This document shows positions 1 to 6,691 of a stretch of 10,997 nt of DNA, one piece after another (the stretch's first letter is position 1; the number at the start of each line of letters is the position of its first letter). The notes under the pieces are model-generated. The model saw nothing but the letters and a program-made list of their open reading frames with translations. It searched no databases and had not been told where the DNA came from. The DNA lies in NCBI GenBank assembly GCA_044358425.1, contig CP054849.1:1208604-1219600 (forward strand), written 5' to 3'. Origin of the DNA: Marine Group I thaumarchaeote (lineage in GTDB: Archaea > Thermoproteota > Nitrososphaeria > Nitrososphaerales > Nitrosopumilaceae). Position numbers and translations under genes: made by a program.

Positions 1-157
1 CACATTTAGAATTAGTTTGAGTGCCTTCTAAAATGCAAGTGTTTGTTGCATCATCAAATACAGTTCCAGCTCCACATTTAGAATTAGTTTGAGTGCCTTC
101 TAAAATGCAAGTGTTTGTTGCATCATCAAATACAGTTCCAGATCCACATTTAGAATT
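1..157. repeat. 72-bp coding tandem repeat, at least 2.2 copies, truncated by window edge
   Basis: 1-72 and 73-144 differ only at position 70 (c) versus 142 (a). A third partial copy, cacatttagaatt, is at 145-157. The unit is 24 codons, in frame with the minus-strand CDS. Confidence 0.97.
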
Positions 158-769
158 TGTATCAATGTTAGATTCTGAAGTTTCACTAATTACTTCTGTT
201 AGTGGTTGAATAGGTTCATCATCTGAAGAAATTGATTTGTCAAATCCATTACTCATAACGACTGCACCACCAATTACAGCTAAAATTGCCAAAACTCCAA
301 CTACAATGGCAATATTTTTTCCATTACTATTATTAGATTTTTTCTCAATTGTCCTATCAGGAGTTTTATCAGGAGTTTTATCAGAATCATCTTCCTTAAC
401 TTCAGGATTTTTAATATCACTGCCACAATCAAGACAAAATTTTGAATTTACAGGAATAGATTTTCCACATTTCCAACAATAGATATGCTGCATTTCAATA
501 ATGTTATCTTCATCTTCATCAATACTTTCTTCCAAAGGAGTATTTTCAGAATCATCTTCATATGGATCCTCTCCACGAATTTTTGATAGTTTTTTTTGGG
601 TTTTGACTTGTTCAATATAATCGTGAATTAAATGATCAAGATATGCTCTGTCAGAACCATATACGGTTCTTTTTTGTTTTAGCATTAATTTGATATGTTC
701 TAATCTATATGGATCTCCCACTTTCATTTTGATTAAAATATTAACTTGATCAAGTAAGGACTGCATCAT
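1..769 (-). CDS. Zn-ribbon, single-pass membrane protein with Cys-containing tandem repeats (3' end outside window)
   Basis: Not in the ORF track. Manual translation from ATG 769 (or 766) is open to base 1: MMQSLLDQVNILIKMKVGDPYRLEHIK...SDRAYLDHL..., an acidic linker, CWKCG-x9-CLDCG (478-422), hydrophobic IAIVVGVLAILAVIGGAVVM (313-254), then TNSKCG[S/A]GTVFDDATNTCILEGTQ repeats. A TTTAAA box lies 22-27 nt upstream. Confidence 0.9.
   Translation of the reverse strand, partial: MMQSLLDQVNILIKMKVGDPYRLEHIKLMLKQKRTVYGSDRAYLDHLIHDYIEQVKTQKKLSKIRGEDPYEDDSENTPLEESIDEDEDNIIEMQHIYCWKCGKSIPVNSKFCLDCGSDIKNPEVKEDDSDKTPDKTPDRTIEKKSNNSNGKNIAIVVGVLAILAVIGGAVVMSNGFDKSISSDDEPIQPLTEVISETSESNIDTNSKCGSGTVFDDATNTCILEGTQTNSKCGAGTVFDDATNTCILEGTQTNSKC
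355..384. repeat. 12-bp coding tandem repeat (2.5 copies)
   Basis: tatcaggagttt x2 plus tatcag, encoding DKTP-DKTP-D on the minus strand. Confidence 0.85.
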
Positions 770-789
770 TCATTTGTAAAATATCTTGA

Positions 790-797
790 ATTTAAAA
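790..797 (-). promoter_or_regulatory. Putative TATA box for the 769 CDS
   Basis: Minus-strand TTTTAAAT centred about 25 nt upstream of ATG 769, the spacing expected for a leaderless archaeal transcript. The AT-rich background lowers certainty. Confidence 0.5.
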
Positions 798-814
798 TTG
801 ATCAATATTGAAGA

Positions 815-1150
815 TTATGCTTTCAAAATTGTAGAAACAACATGTTTGACCATATCATCAAAATTGGAATTAACATTTGATTCTATTTCAGCCAATTTAG
901 AATCGCCTTCTTGTGCAATTTTTGCAGACTCTGAATTTGCTTTTTCTTTTGCTGCATTAATCATTACTTCTGCCTCTTTGGTAGCCATCTCACGAGTTTT
1001 TTCTAACAGTGTATCAATTTCACTCAAAGTTTTGACATTTAGTTGTTTTTTCATATCTCCAACTTTACCTGTTAAAGAATCAAGATCATCTTCTAATCCG
1101 TTTAAAGATTTGATAATTCCTGTGACTTTTGATTCAGCAACATCTGCCAT
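815..1150 (-). CDS. Coiled-coil protein, probable A/V-type ATP synthase peripheral-stalk subunit H(G)-like
   Basis: 111 aa, almost entirely helical. It has an A/E/K-rich stretch (ATKEAEVMINAAKEKANSES) and the C-terminus NFDDMVKHVVSTIL, which resembles subunit H/G tails. The CDS is confident; the function is inferred. Confidence 0.6.
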   Translation of the reverse strand: MADVAESKVTGIIKSLNGLEDDLDSLTGKVGDMKKQLNVKTLSEIDTLLEKTREMATKEAEVMINAAKEKANSESAKIAQEGDSKLAEIESNVNSNFDDMVKHVVSTILKA

Positions 1151-1175
1151 GTTATTCAGATTTGATAAATTCCAT

Positions 1176-1183
1176 TTATTAAA
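1176..1183 (-). promoter_or_regulatory. Putative TATA box for the 1150 CDS
   Basis: Minus-strand TTTAATAA 26-33 nt upstream of ATG 1150. Confidence 0.45.
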
Positions 1184-1224
1184 TCATTCATTTTTAGGGC
1201 ATATTTTAGGCACAAAAAGTGAGA

Positions 1225-1566
1225 TTATCCAGATGTGAGAAGCAAAATTGCCCTGGCTAGATCGCCTTTGGCCTCTTCTAAAGCACTTTTTGCCTTTTCT
1301 TCATCGACACCTGCTTGTTGACTAACTAATTGTATATCATCATCAGAGTAAATTGGAACTTCTAATTCAGCTTCCTCATAGCTATCAGCAGTTACAGTAA
1401 AGATGGAACTATCTTTTGCTTTCATTTCAGTCACTGAAGGTTTTGAAATGATAATCTCTTTTTTATCAGTTTTAATAATAACTTCTTGAACATTTGATAA
1501 TTCATTCATGTCAAGACCCATCTTGTCCATCATTCTCCGCATTTCGCGGTTACCTCCTCGCATCAT
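1225..1566 (-). CDS. nac: Nascent polypeptide-associated complex protein (aNAC)
   Basis: N-terminal MRRMMDKMG motif, NAC beta region (VQEVIIKT...IIISKPSV) and C-terminal UBA-like DDIQLVSQQAGV...GDLARAIL. Confidence 0.96.
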   Translation of the reverse strand: MMRGGNREMRRMMDKMGLDMNELSNVQEVIIKTDKKEIIISKPSVTEMKAKDSSIFTVTADSYEEAELEVPIYSDDDIQLVSQQAGVDEEKAKSALEEAKGDLARAILLLTSG

Positions 1567-2036
1567 ACCACTATCTTCTCCTTACGACTTTTTAAACTAT
1601 CTCTAACTTTTATGGCTACGCCCAAATTCAAATCAGAAATCATTTTTGCAGATAAAATTGCTTTACCAACTGCAATTACTTGATTGTCAAATAATACAGG
1701 AGTGTCAGATGAAACTCTTACATTTTTTCCGCACCAAGTAACATGTTTACAAAAAACGGATCGTCCTTCCATTACAAAAGGAGCAGCGTCCTTGTTGACT
1801 TCAATACAATTTTCTTTGAATGTTTTACTTTGCAACAATGTCTGAGCAAAACCAATACTAATTGCTAAACTGCCATTTATTCTCAAAGTACAAAGTAATT
1901 TTCCTTTGTGTGAAACTGTTCTAATTCTACCAGTTTTTCTGGATAATTCTATATCTAGATCTTTTGGTAAAAATTTTGATGTTCCCCTTCCAAATAGAGC
2001 GTCAAGTGATTGTTGAAGTTTAACAAATTTTTCCAT
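1563..2036 (-). CDS. Stand-alone PUA-domain protein resembling the C-terminal domains of archaeosine tRNA-guanine transglycosylase
   Basis: SRKTGRIRTV...TLR...G (C2-like domain), GRSVFCKHV, AVGKAILS and GVAIKVR (PUA). No catalytic barrel. Overlaps nac by ATGA. Confidence 0.85.
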   Translation of the reverse strand: MEKFVKLQQSLDALFGRGTSKFLPKDLDIELSRKTGRIRTVSHKGKLLCTLRINGSLAISIGFAQTLLQSKTFKENCIEVNKDAAPFVMEGRSVFCKHVTWCGKNVRVSSDTPVLFDNQVIAVGKAILSAKMISDLNLGVAIKVRDSLKSRKEKIVV

Positions 2037-2093
2037 ATTTGAAAATAAATTATTGGAAATATTAGTTGTTGTTAATCTATAATAAAAATAAAT

Positions 2094-2105
2094 AACTATA
2101 TAGTT
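2094..2105 (+). promoter_or_regulatory. TATA box embedded in the perfect palindrome AACTATATAGTT upstream of the PhoU-family gene
   Basis: 12-bp perfect palindrome whose CTATATAG core lies 23-30 nt upstream of ATG 2126, preceded by an A-rich BRE-like tract. Confidence 0.6.
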
Positions 2106-2125
2106 GGTTATAAAATGATTAGATT

Positions 2126-3172
2126 ATGGAAGAACAAGGGGAAACTAGGAAAATACAGTTTACAGGCAAGTCATCATACATAGTTTCATTACCAAAACAA
2201 TGGATTAACGAATTAGGATTAAAACAAGGAGATGAAATACGAATGGTCAGAAAAGGATCATCTACTTTGGAACTATTCCCACCAAAATTTGAATCACGAA
2301 CACACAAAAAAGAAGATGCCACTATAGAAATTTCCGAAGATGAAAAAGCGGAGTCCATAGTTAGAAAATTAATCTCATTATACTTTTTAGGATTTAGAAC
2401 AATTAATTTAAAATCAAAAAATGGAAGATTGGATCCATCACAAAGAAACACAGCAAAAGAAGCTGTAAAAAGAATGTTAATGGGTTCAGAAATTATTTCA
2501 GACTCGAGTAGCGGAATGACAATTCAGGTTCTTGTAAATTTATTAGAATTATCAGTTGATGGAGCTTTCAAACGAATGATACATTTAGCAAAATCAATGT
2601 CAAATGATGCAATTCTAGCACTAAAAGAAAATAATTTAGATTTGGCGCAAGAGGTCATCAATACAGATGACGAAGTTGATAGATTTGGATTTTATATTAT
2701 TCGTCAGTTGAAAATAGCAATACAAAATGAACATTTTCTAAAAGAAATGGGTTTTAGGAATGCTAGAGATTGTTTAGGTTACCGATTAGTTGTAAAAAAT
2801 ATTGAAAGAACGGGGGATCATGCAGCATTTATTGCAAAGGACTTTTTGGAATTTAAAAAGCCAATCAAAAAAGAAATTTTGAATAAATTGCAAGAAATGA
2901 ATAACTTCTCTTTGACAGTATTAGATGAATCTTGTTTAGCACTATTCAAAGAGGATTATTACCAGGCAGAGAAAACTATCAAAAAAATTGAAGAAATTAC
3001 TAAATATGAAAAGAAAGTTAGGGATTCATCAAAATCATTAAAAGATGATGAAGAAATTTACAGAGTTAGAAGATTGTCAGAAAATATCAGAAGAATTTCT
3101 GAATATGCAAGTGATATTGCAGAAATTGTCCTAAATATGAATATTGAAAAAACATTGAAGAAAATGGAATAA
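2126..3172 (+). CDS. phoU: Phosphate uptake regulator-like protein, AbrB/MazE DNA-binding domain plus PhoU domains
   Basis: N-terminal RKIQFTGKSSYIVSLPKQW...GLKQGD (AbrB-like). PhoU motifs DDEVDRF, NIERTGDHA and ENIRRISEYASDIAE. Confidence 0.92.
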   Translation: MEEQGETRKIQFTGKSSYIVSLPKQWINELGLKQGDEIRMVRKGSSTLELFPPKFESRTHKKEDATIEISEDEKAESIVRKLISLYFLGFRTINLKSKNGRLDPSQRNTAKEAVKRMLMGSEIISDSSSGMTIQVLVNLLELSVDGAFKRMIHLAKSMSNDAILALKENNLDLAQEVINTDDEVDRFGFYIIRQLKIAIQNEHFLKEMGFRNARDCLGYRLVVKNIERTGDHAAFIAKDFLEFKKPIKKEILNKLQEMNNFSLTVLDESCLALFKEDYYQAEKTIKKIEEITKYEKKVRDSSKSLKDDEEIYRVRRLSENIRRISEYASDIAEIVLNMNIEKTLKKME

Positions 3173-3181
3173 GCTATCAAA

Positions 3182-4303
3182 ATGGATAAAGCAATTCTAA
3201 TAACATATGACAAAGAGGATGCCATAAATGAAGCAAAGGGATTATGTGAAGCAGCAGGATATGAAGTAGTTCATATTATTCAAGAAAATTATCTTCAAAA
3301 ACCAAAATACGGAATTAGTCTAGGAATTCTAGAAAAATTGCAAGAAATTGCAGATAAAATTAGACCAGATGTAATTGTATTTGATGAGATTCTAAAACCT
3401 AGTCAAAATTATAATCTAGCAACAGAATTACAAAGAGAGATTTTAGATAGAGAAGGACTAATTCTGGAAATTTTTGAAAGTAGGGCATCTAGTGCAGAAT
3501 CAAAATTACAAGTAAAATTAGCACAATTAAGATATGAGATGGTCCGAGCTAAAGAAAAAGTTCGTTTAGCCAACATGGGAGAACAACCAGGGTTTATGGG
3601 AATAGGCAAATTTGAAGTTGATGTCTACTATAACGATATAAAACATAGAATGCAGACAGTAAAAAAGAAATTACTAAAAGCAGGAAAACAAAGAGAACTT
3701 CACAGACAAGGAAGAAAGAGAATGGGATTTACAACAATTTCATTGGCAGGTTACACATCTGCAGGAAAAACTACATTATTTAATAAAACTACAGGCGAAA
3801 CAAGAACTCAAAGTAAGGAATTGTTTACAACATTATCAACCACGACAAGAAGGATTACAATTAATCAAGAACCAGCTTTAATTGCAGATACTGTTGGATT
3901 CATTAGTAAATTACCAGCATATATGATAGATGCATTCAAATCTACATTAGAAGAATTAACTTATTCAGATATCATTATTCTAGTTATTGATATTAGTGAT
4001 TCGCAATTAGAATTAAAGAAAAAATTTGCTAGTTGTATGAGAACATTGGATGAATTAGGAGTTAAAAAAGAAAAAATAATTTTTGCTTTAAATAAATTAG
4101 ATCTAATTAAACAAGATCAAATTAATTACAAAAGAGAATTACTAAATTTAGTTGAAAATGAAAAAGTAGTTTTAGTGTCCTCAAAAACAGGTGAAAACAT
4201 AAGAGAATTGAAAGAATTAATTCAGAATACGATTATAAATCAAAATCCATATAAATATAAAAAAAATGAAATGAAAGGAGTTGTAGATACATTTGGTAAT
4301 TGA
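3182..4303 (+). CDS. hflX: GTPase HflX
   Basis: DR-x-x-LILEIF..RA...E.KLQV.LAQL.Y N-domain. G1 GYTSAGKT, G2 LFTTL, G3 DTVG, G4 NKLD, G5 SSK. Confidence 0.96.
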   Translation: MDKAILITYDKEDAINEAKGLCEAAGYEVVHIIQENYLQKPKYGISLGILEKLQEIADKIRPDVIVFDEILKPSQNYNLATELQREILDREGLILEIFESRASSAESKLQVKLAQLRYEMVRAKEKVRLANMGEQPGFMGIGKFEVDVYYNDIKHRMQTVKKKLLKAGKQRELHRQGRKRMGFTTISLAGYTSAGKTTLFNKTTGETRTQSKELFTTLSTTTRRITINQEPALIADTVGFISKLPAYMIDAFKSTLEELTYSDIIILVIDISDSQLELKKKFASCMRTLDELGVKKEKIIFALNKLDLIKQDQINYKRELLNLVENEKVVLVSSKTGENIRELKELIQNTIINQNPYKYKKNEMKGVVDTFGN

Positions 4304-4826
4304 AGTTGTTAGAATAGGACAGCGTGTTGTAAGAGACGACAGAGTGACTACACATGTTGCACTAGTTTCAAGATCCTTTGGAGCAAAAAAAATATTCATG
4401 ACAGAAGTAAATCCTGAAATTAAAGATACAGTTGAAAAAATTAACAACACATGGGGAGGAGATTTTGTTATTGAATTTGTTGATAATTGGAAATCAGTGA
4501 TAAAAAATAAAAAAAATGAAGGTTACAAAATAGTTCATTTATCGATGTATGGTGAAAAAATTAACCAAATTCAAAATCAACTACGTTTAGAAGACAAAAT
4601 GTTGATTGTAGTTGGAGCTGAAAAAGTACCCAGAGAAATTTACGAATTAGCAGATTACAATGTGGGTGTCGGAAGTCAACCTCATTCAGAAATCAGTGCA
4701 TTAGCCATTTTATTAGATAGAATTCAGGATGGGCAGCAATTTGAAAAAAACTTCCCAAATGCAAAAAGAAAGATCATACCCACAAAAAATGGCAAAAATG
4801 TCCAAGTAAATGAGACAAGGGATTAA
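4293..4826 (+). CDS. trm56: tRNA (cytidine(56)-2'-O)-methyltransferase, SPOUT family
   Basis: [37 protein letters not shown] and [10 protein letters not shown] motifs. TTG start with an 11-nt overlap with hflX. Confidence 0.95.
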   Translation: MVIEVVRIGQRVVRDDRVTTHVALVSRSFGAKKIFMTEVNPEIKDTVEKINNTWGGDFVIEFVDNWKSVIKNKKNEGYKIVHLSMYGEKINQIQNQLRLEDKMLIVVGAEKVPREIYELADYNVGVGSQPHSEISALAILLDRIQDGQQFEKNFPNAKRKIIPTKNGKNVQVNETRD

Positions 4827-4851
4827 TACTAGAAACTAAGGATGAATTAAG

Positions 4852-5367
4852 TTGGTAGACAAATACGAAGATCCTTTTGTTAGAATTGCATCAATGATTG
4901 GAGGAGATGAATATCTCAAAGTAGCAAGATCTCTGTTAAAGGCTGAAGATGCAACTGATGAAGAAATAGCCAGTTCAACAGGTCTTAGAATTAACATGGT
5001 AAGAAAAGTGCTATACGATCTTTTTGGAAAATCTTTGATTACAGGTATTAGAGTAAAGGATGAAAGAAAAGGATGGTTTGTTTACAGATGGAGAACAAGA
5101 CGAGAAGAAGTAGAACATTTTATTGAAAATCAAAAAAAGAAAATTGAAGAGAGATTACAACAAAGATTTGATTATGAAAATGCATCAGACTTTTATCATT
5201 GTGGAAATGAGGATTGTCCAAGAGTTACATTTGAAGATGCATTAGAGGGCATGTTCAAATGTCCATCATGTCAAAATGTATTAAATATAAAGAAGAATGA
5301 AAAATCTCGAAAAGCATATTCAAAAAAGATAGATGAAATCAAAAAAGATATGCAACAAACATTTTGA
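4852..5367 (+). CDS. tfe: Transcription factor E (TFE alpha)
   Basis: Winged helix TDEEIA...VRKVLYDL...GWFVYRW, and Zn ribbon CGNEDC...FEDA...FKCPSC. TTG start. Confidence 0.95.
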   Translation: MVDKYEDPFVRIASMIGGDEYLKVARSLLKAEDATDEEIASSTGLRINMVRKVLYDLFGKSLITGIRVKDERKGWFVYRWRTRREEVEHFIENQKKKIEERLQQRFDYENASDFYHCGNEDCPRVTFEDALEGMFKCPSCQNVLNIKKNEKSRKAYSKKIDEIKKDMQQTF

Positions 5368-5415
5368 TTAATTAAAAAATTATTAAATTAATACAATTCT
5401 AAAAGAATAATTTCA

Positions 5416-5727
5416 TTAATCTTCATATTCGTCATCTTCATCATCTTCATCATCCTCATATTCATCATCATCTTCTTCATCCTCACATTGTTCTAATTCT
5501 AGATGACTTGGAATGCCATCATCTTGGAAAAAAATCTCAATGCAAATATCAGTATTCAAAGTTGAAGCTAACGTTTCAGCCAAATTCTTAGGAAAATTAC
5601 CTAATCTACTAGGATCATCAGAGTATCGATATTGGGTAATTTGTTCATCATGATGAAAATCAATCTCAATATCACCGTTTCTGAATTTTCTAACTTTAAT
5701 TACTTCTCCAAAAATTGAATTAGACAA
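5416..5727 (-). CDS. Hypothetical protein, small beta-rich domain plus poly-acidic C-terminal tail
   Basis: 103-aa ORF with a TTG start 2 nt after the hemerythrin stop. The last 22 residues are 20 D/E plus 2 Y. Confidence 0.8.
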   Translation of the reverse strand: MSNSIFGEVIKVRKFRNGDIEIDFHHDEQITQYRYSDDPSRLGNFPKNLAETLASTLNTDICIEIFFQDDGIPSHLELEQCEDEEDDDEYEDDEDDEDDEYED

Positions 5728-5729
5728 AA

Positions 5730-6287
5730 TTAATTTCCATGATTAGAAACATCACGAGTTAGATTTTCAGCTAATTCCTCATAATGTTTTCTTGATTTAC
5801 CCAATTCATTCAATTGAGATTCTTCAATTCCAGAGAGTTCCTTGTCAACTTTTTCAGAAACATATTGTAATCTTGCTTCAGCCATCATGAATAATTTGTT
5901 GTTTTCTTTCCACAAATGTTCGGTGATATGATCAACATAAAGTTGCATATCAGAAATTAATTTTTCAGAATCTCCAGATGAAAGATATTCTTTTGCTGAA
6001 TTTTCCATAGAATTTCCAATTTCTCGAGAGCGCTCATGATCGATTAACATCATAGCAATCGGTCCCATTTTACTTGGTAATCCAGCTTTTTCTAATGCAG
6101 GAAATAATGATTTTTCTTCCTTTGTATGATGACAAACATCAGTAAAATTTTTTGAAAAATCAATTACAGGAAGTAAAATTGATTCAGGAATTTGTTTACC
6201 ATCATTTAATAATTCAATTGTAGATTGCATAGCTTTGATTACTTTTTCAATTAATTCATGATCACGTCGAAGTGATGTAGTTGACAT
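5730..6287 (-). CDS. Hemerythrin-like (HHE cation-binding) protein
   Basis: LRRDH...HHTKEEKSLFP...MLIDH...HLWKENNKLF gives two H...HxxxE di-metal half-sites. Confidence 0.92.
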   Translation of the reverse strand: MSTTSLRRDHELIEKVIKAMQSTIELLNDGKQIPESILLPVIDFSKNFTDVCHHTKEEKSLFPALEKAGLPSKMGPIAMMLIDHERSREIGNSMENSAKEYLSSGDSEKLISDMQLYVDHITEHLWKENNKLFMMAEARLQYVSEKVDKELSGIEESQLNELGKSRKHYEELAENLTRDVSNHGN

Positions 6288-6351
6288 ATTTAAAAAAAAT
6301 AAAATCCAATATCTATATCTTTTTAATTTAAAATAATTAAAATATAGAATT

Positions 6352-6373
6352 AGTTAACGAGGGTTCGCTAACT
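6352..6373 (-). terminator. Stem-loop immediately 3' of the H1-like gene (terminator or stability element)
   Basis: Minus strand AGTTAGCGA-ACCC-TCGTTAACT forms a 9-bp stem with one G-U pair, starting 3 nt after the TAA and followed by U-rich sequence. Confidence 0.55.
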
Positions 6374-6376
6374 GGT

Positions 6377-6655
6377 TTAACGGTTAGATAGGCTTTTTGA
6401 TTTAACAAATGCCCAGATCTTTTTGGTCATCTCACTAGGAGCGATTGGTTTCTTACCAAATACTTGTTCTACAGTTTCTTGACGACCTGCAAAATTAATG
6501 GCGTATCCTCCAAATGCTGGTTTCTTTGTTTTTGATTTTGTTGCAGCCTTTCTTTTAGGCGCAACTTTCTTTTTTGTTGCAGCCTTTCTTTTAGGTGCAA
6601 CTTTCTTTTTTGTTGCAGCTTTCTTTTTTGTTGTAGTTTTCTTTTTTATTGCCAA
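6377..6655 (-). CDS. Small basic protein: histone H1-like Lys/Ala-rich N-terminus plus partial SWIB/MDM2-like domain
   Basis: 22 K/R in the first 45 residues and no acidic residue before position 60. The C-terminal VEQVFGKKPIAPSEMTKKIWAFVKSKSL resembles the SWIB pattern L..vvG..p..r.evtKk.W.YiK...L. TTG start. Confidence 0.85.
   Translation of the reverse strand: MAIKKKTTTKKKAATKKKVAPKRKAATKKKVAPKRKAATKSKTKKPAFGGYAINFAGRQETVEQVFGKKPIAPSEMTKKIWAFVKSKSLSNR
6536..6619. repeat. 36-bp coding tandem repeat (about 2.3 copies)
   Basis: gttgcagc recurs at 6540, 6576 and 6612. The full copies differ at 6560/6596 (synonymous). Encodes KKKVAPKRKAAT. An 18-bp sub-period continues to about 6647. Confidence 0.92.
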
Positions 6656-6680
6656 TTTCTTGTACTTTCATTTGAGATAA

Positions 6681-6688
6681 ACTATAAG
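6681..6688 (-). promoter_or_regulatory. Putative TATA box for the H1-like gene
   Basis: Minus-strand CTTATAGT 26-33 nt upstream of TTG 6655, just after the reductase stop. Confidence 0.4.
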
Positions 6689-6691
6689 AAC

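Noticed and set aside
1-157. 72-bp repeats as a CRISPR array
   Set aside because: The copies are contiguous with no unique spacers, the unit is a multiple of 3 and in frame with a CDS, and there are no cas genes.
237-482. 81-aa plus-strand ORF
   Set aside because: Antisense shadow of the real minus-strand Zn-ribbon/TM gene.
590-597. Possible frameshift or phase variation at the poly-T run
   Set aside because: The minus-strand frame from ATG 769 reads through without a stop and stays in frame with the Zn ribbon, TM helix and repeats. Such runs are common in this AT-rich DNA.
1165-1212. ATAAAT-tcc-ATTTAT palindrome and ttttagg direct repeat in the spacer
   Set aside because: Short and AT-rich, so expected by chance. 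No independent support.
786-1238. 150-aa plus-strand ORF
   Set aside because: Antisense to the 815-1150 coiled-coil gene, with the S/F/L-rich composition typical of shadow frames.
2119-4450. Minus-strand ORFs 2119-2451, 3409-3609 and 4217-4450
   Set aside because: Antisense to phoU, hflX and trm56, with no recognisable motifs.
6498-6680. Hydrophobic 60-aa plus-strand ORF resembling a membrane peptide
   Set aside because: The Phe-rich repeats are simply the reverse complement of the Lys-rich repeats of the H1-like gene.
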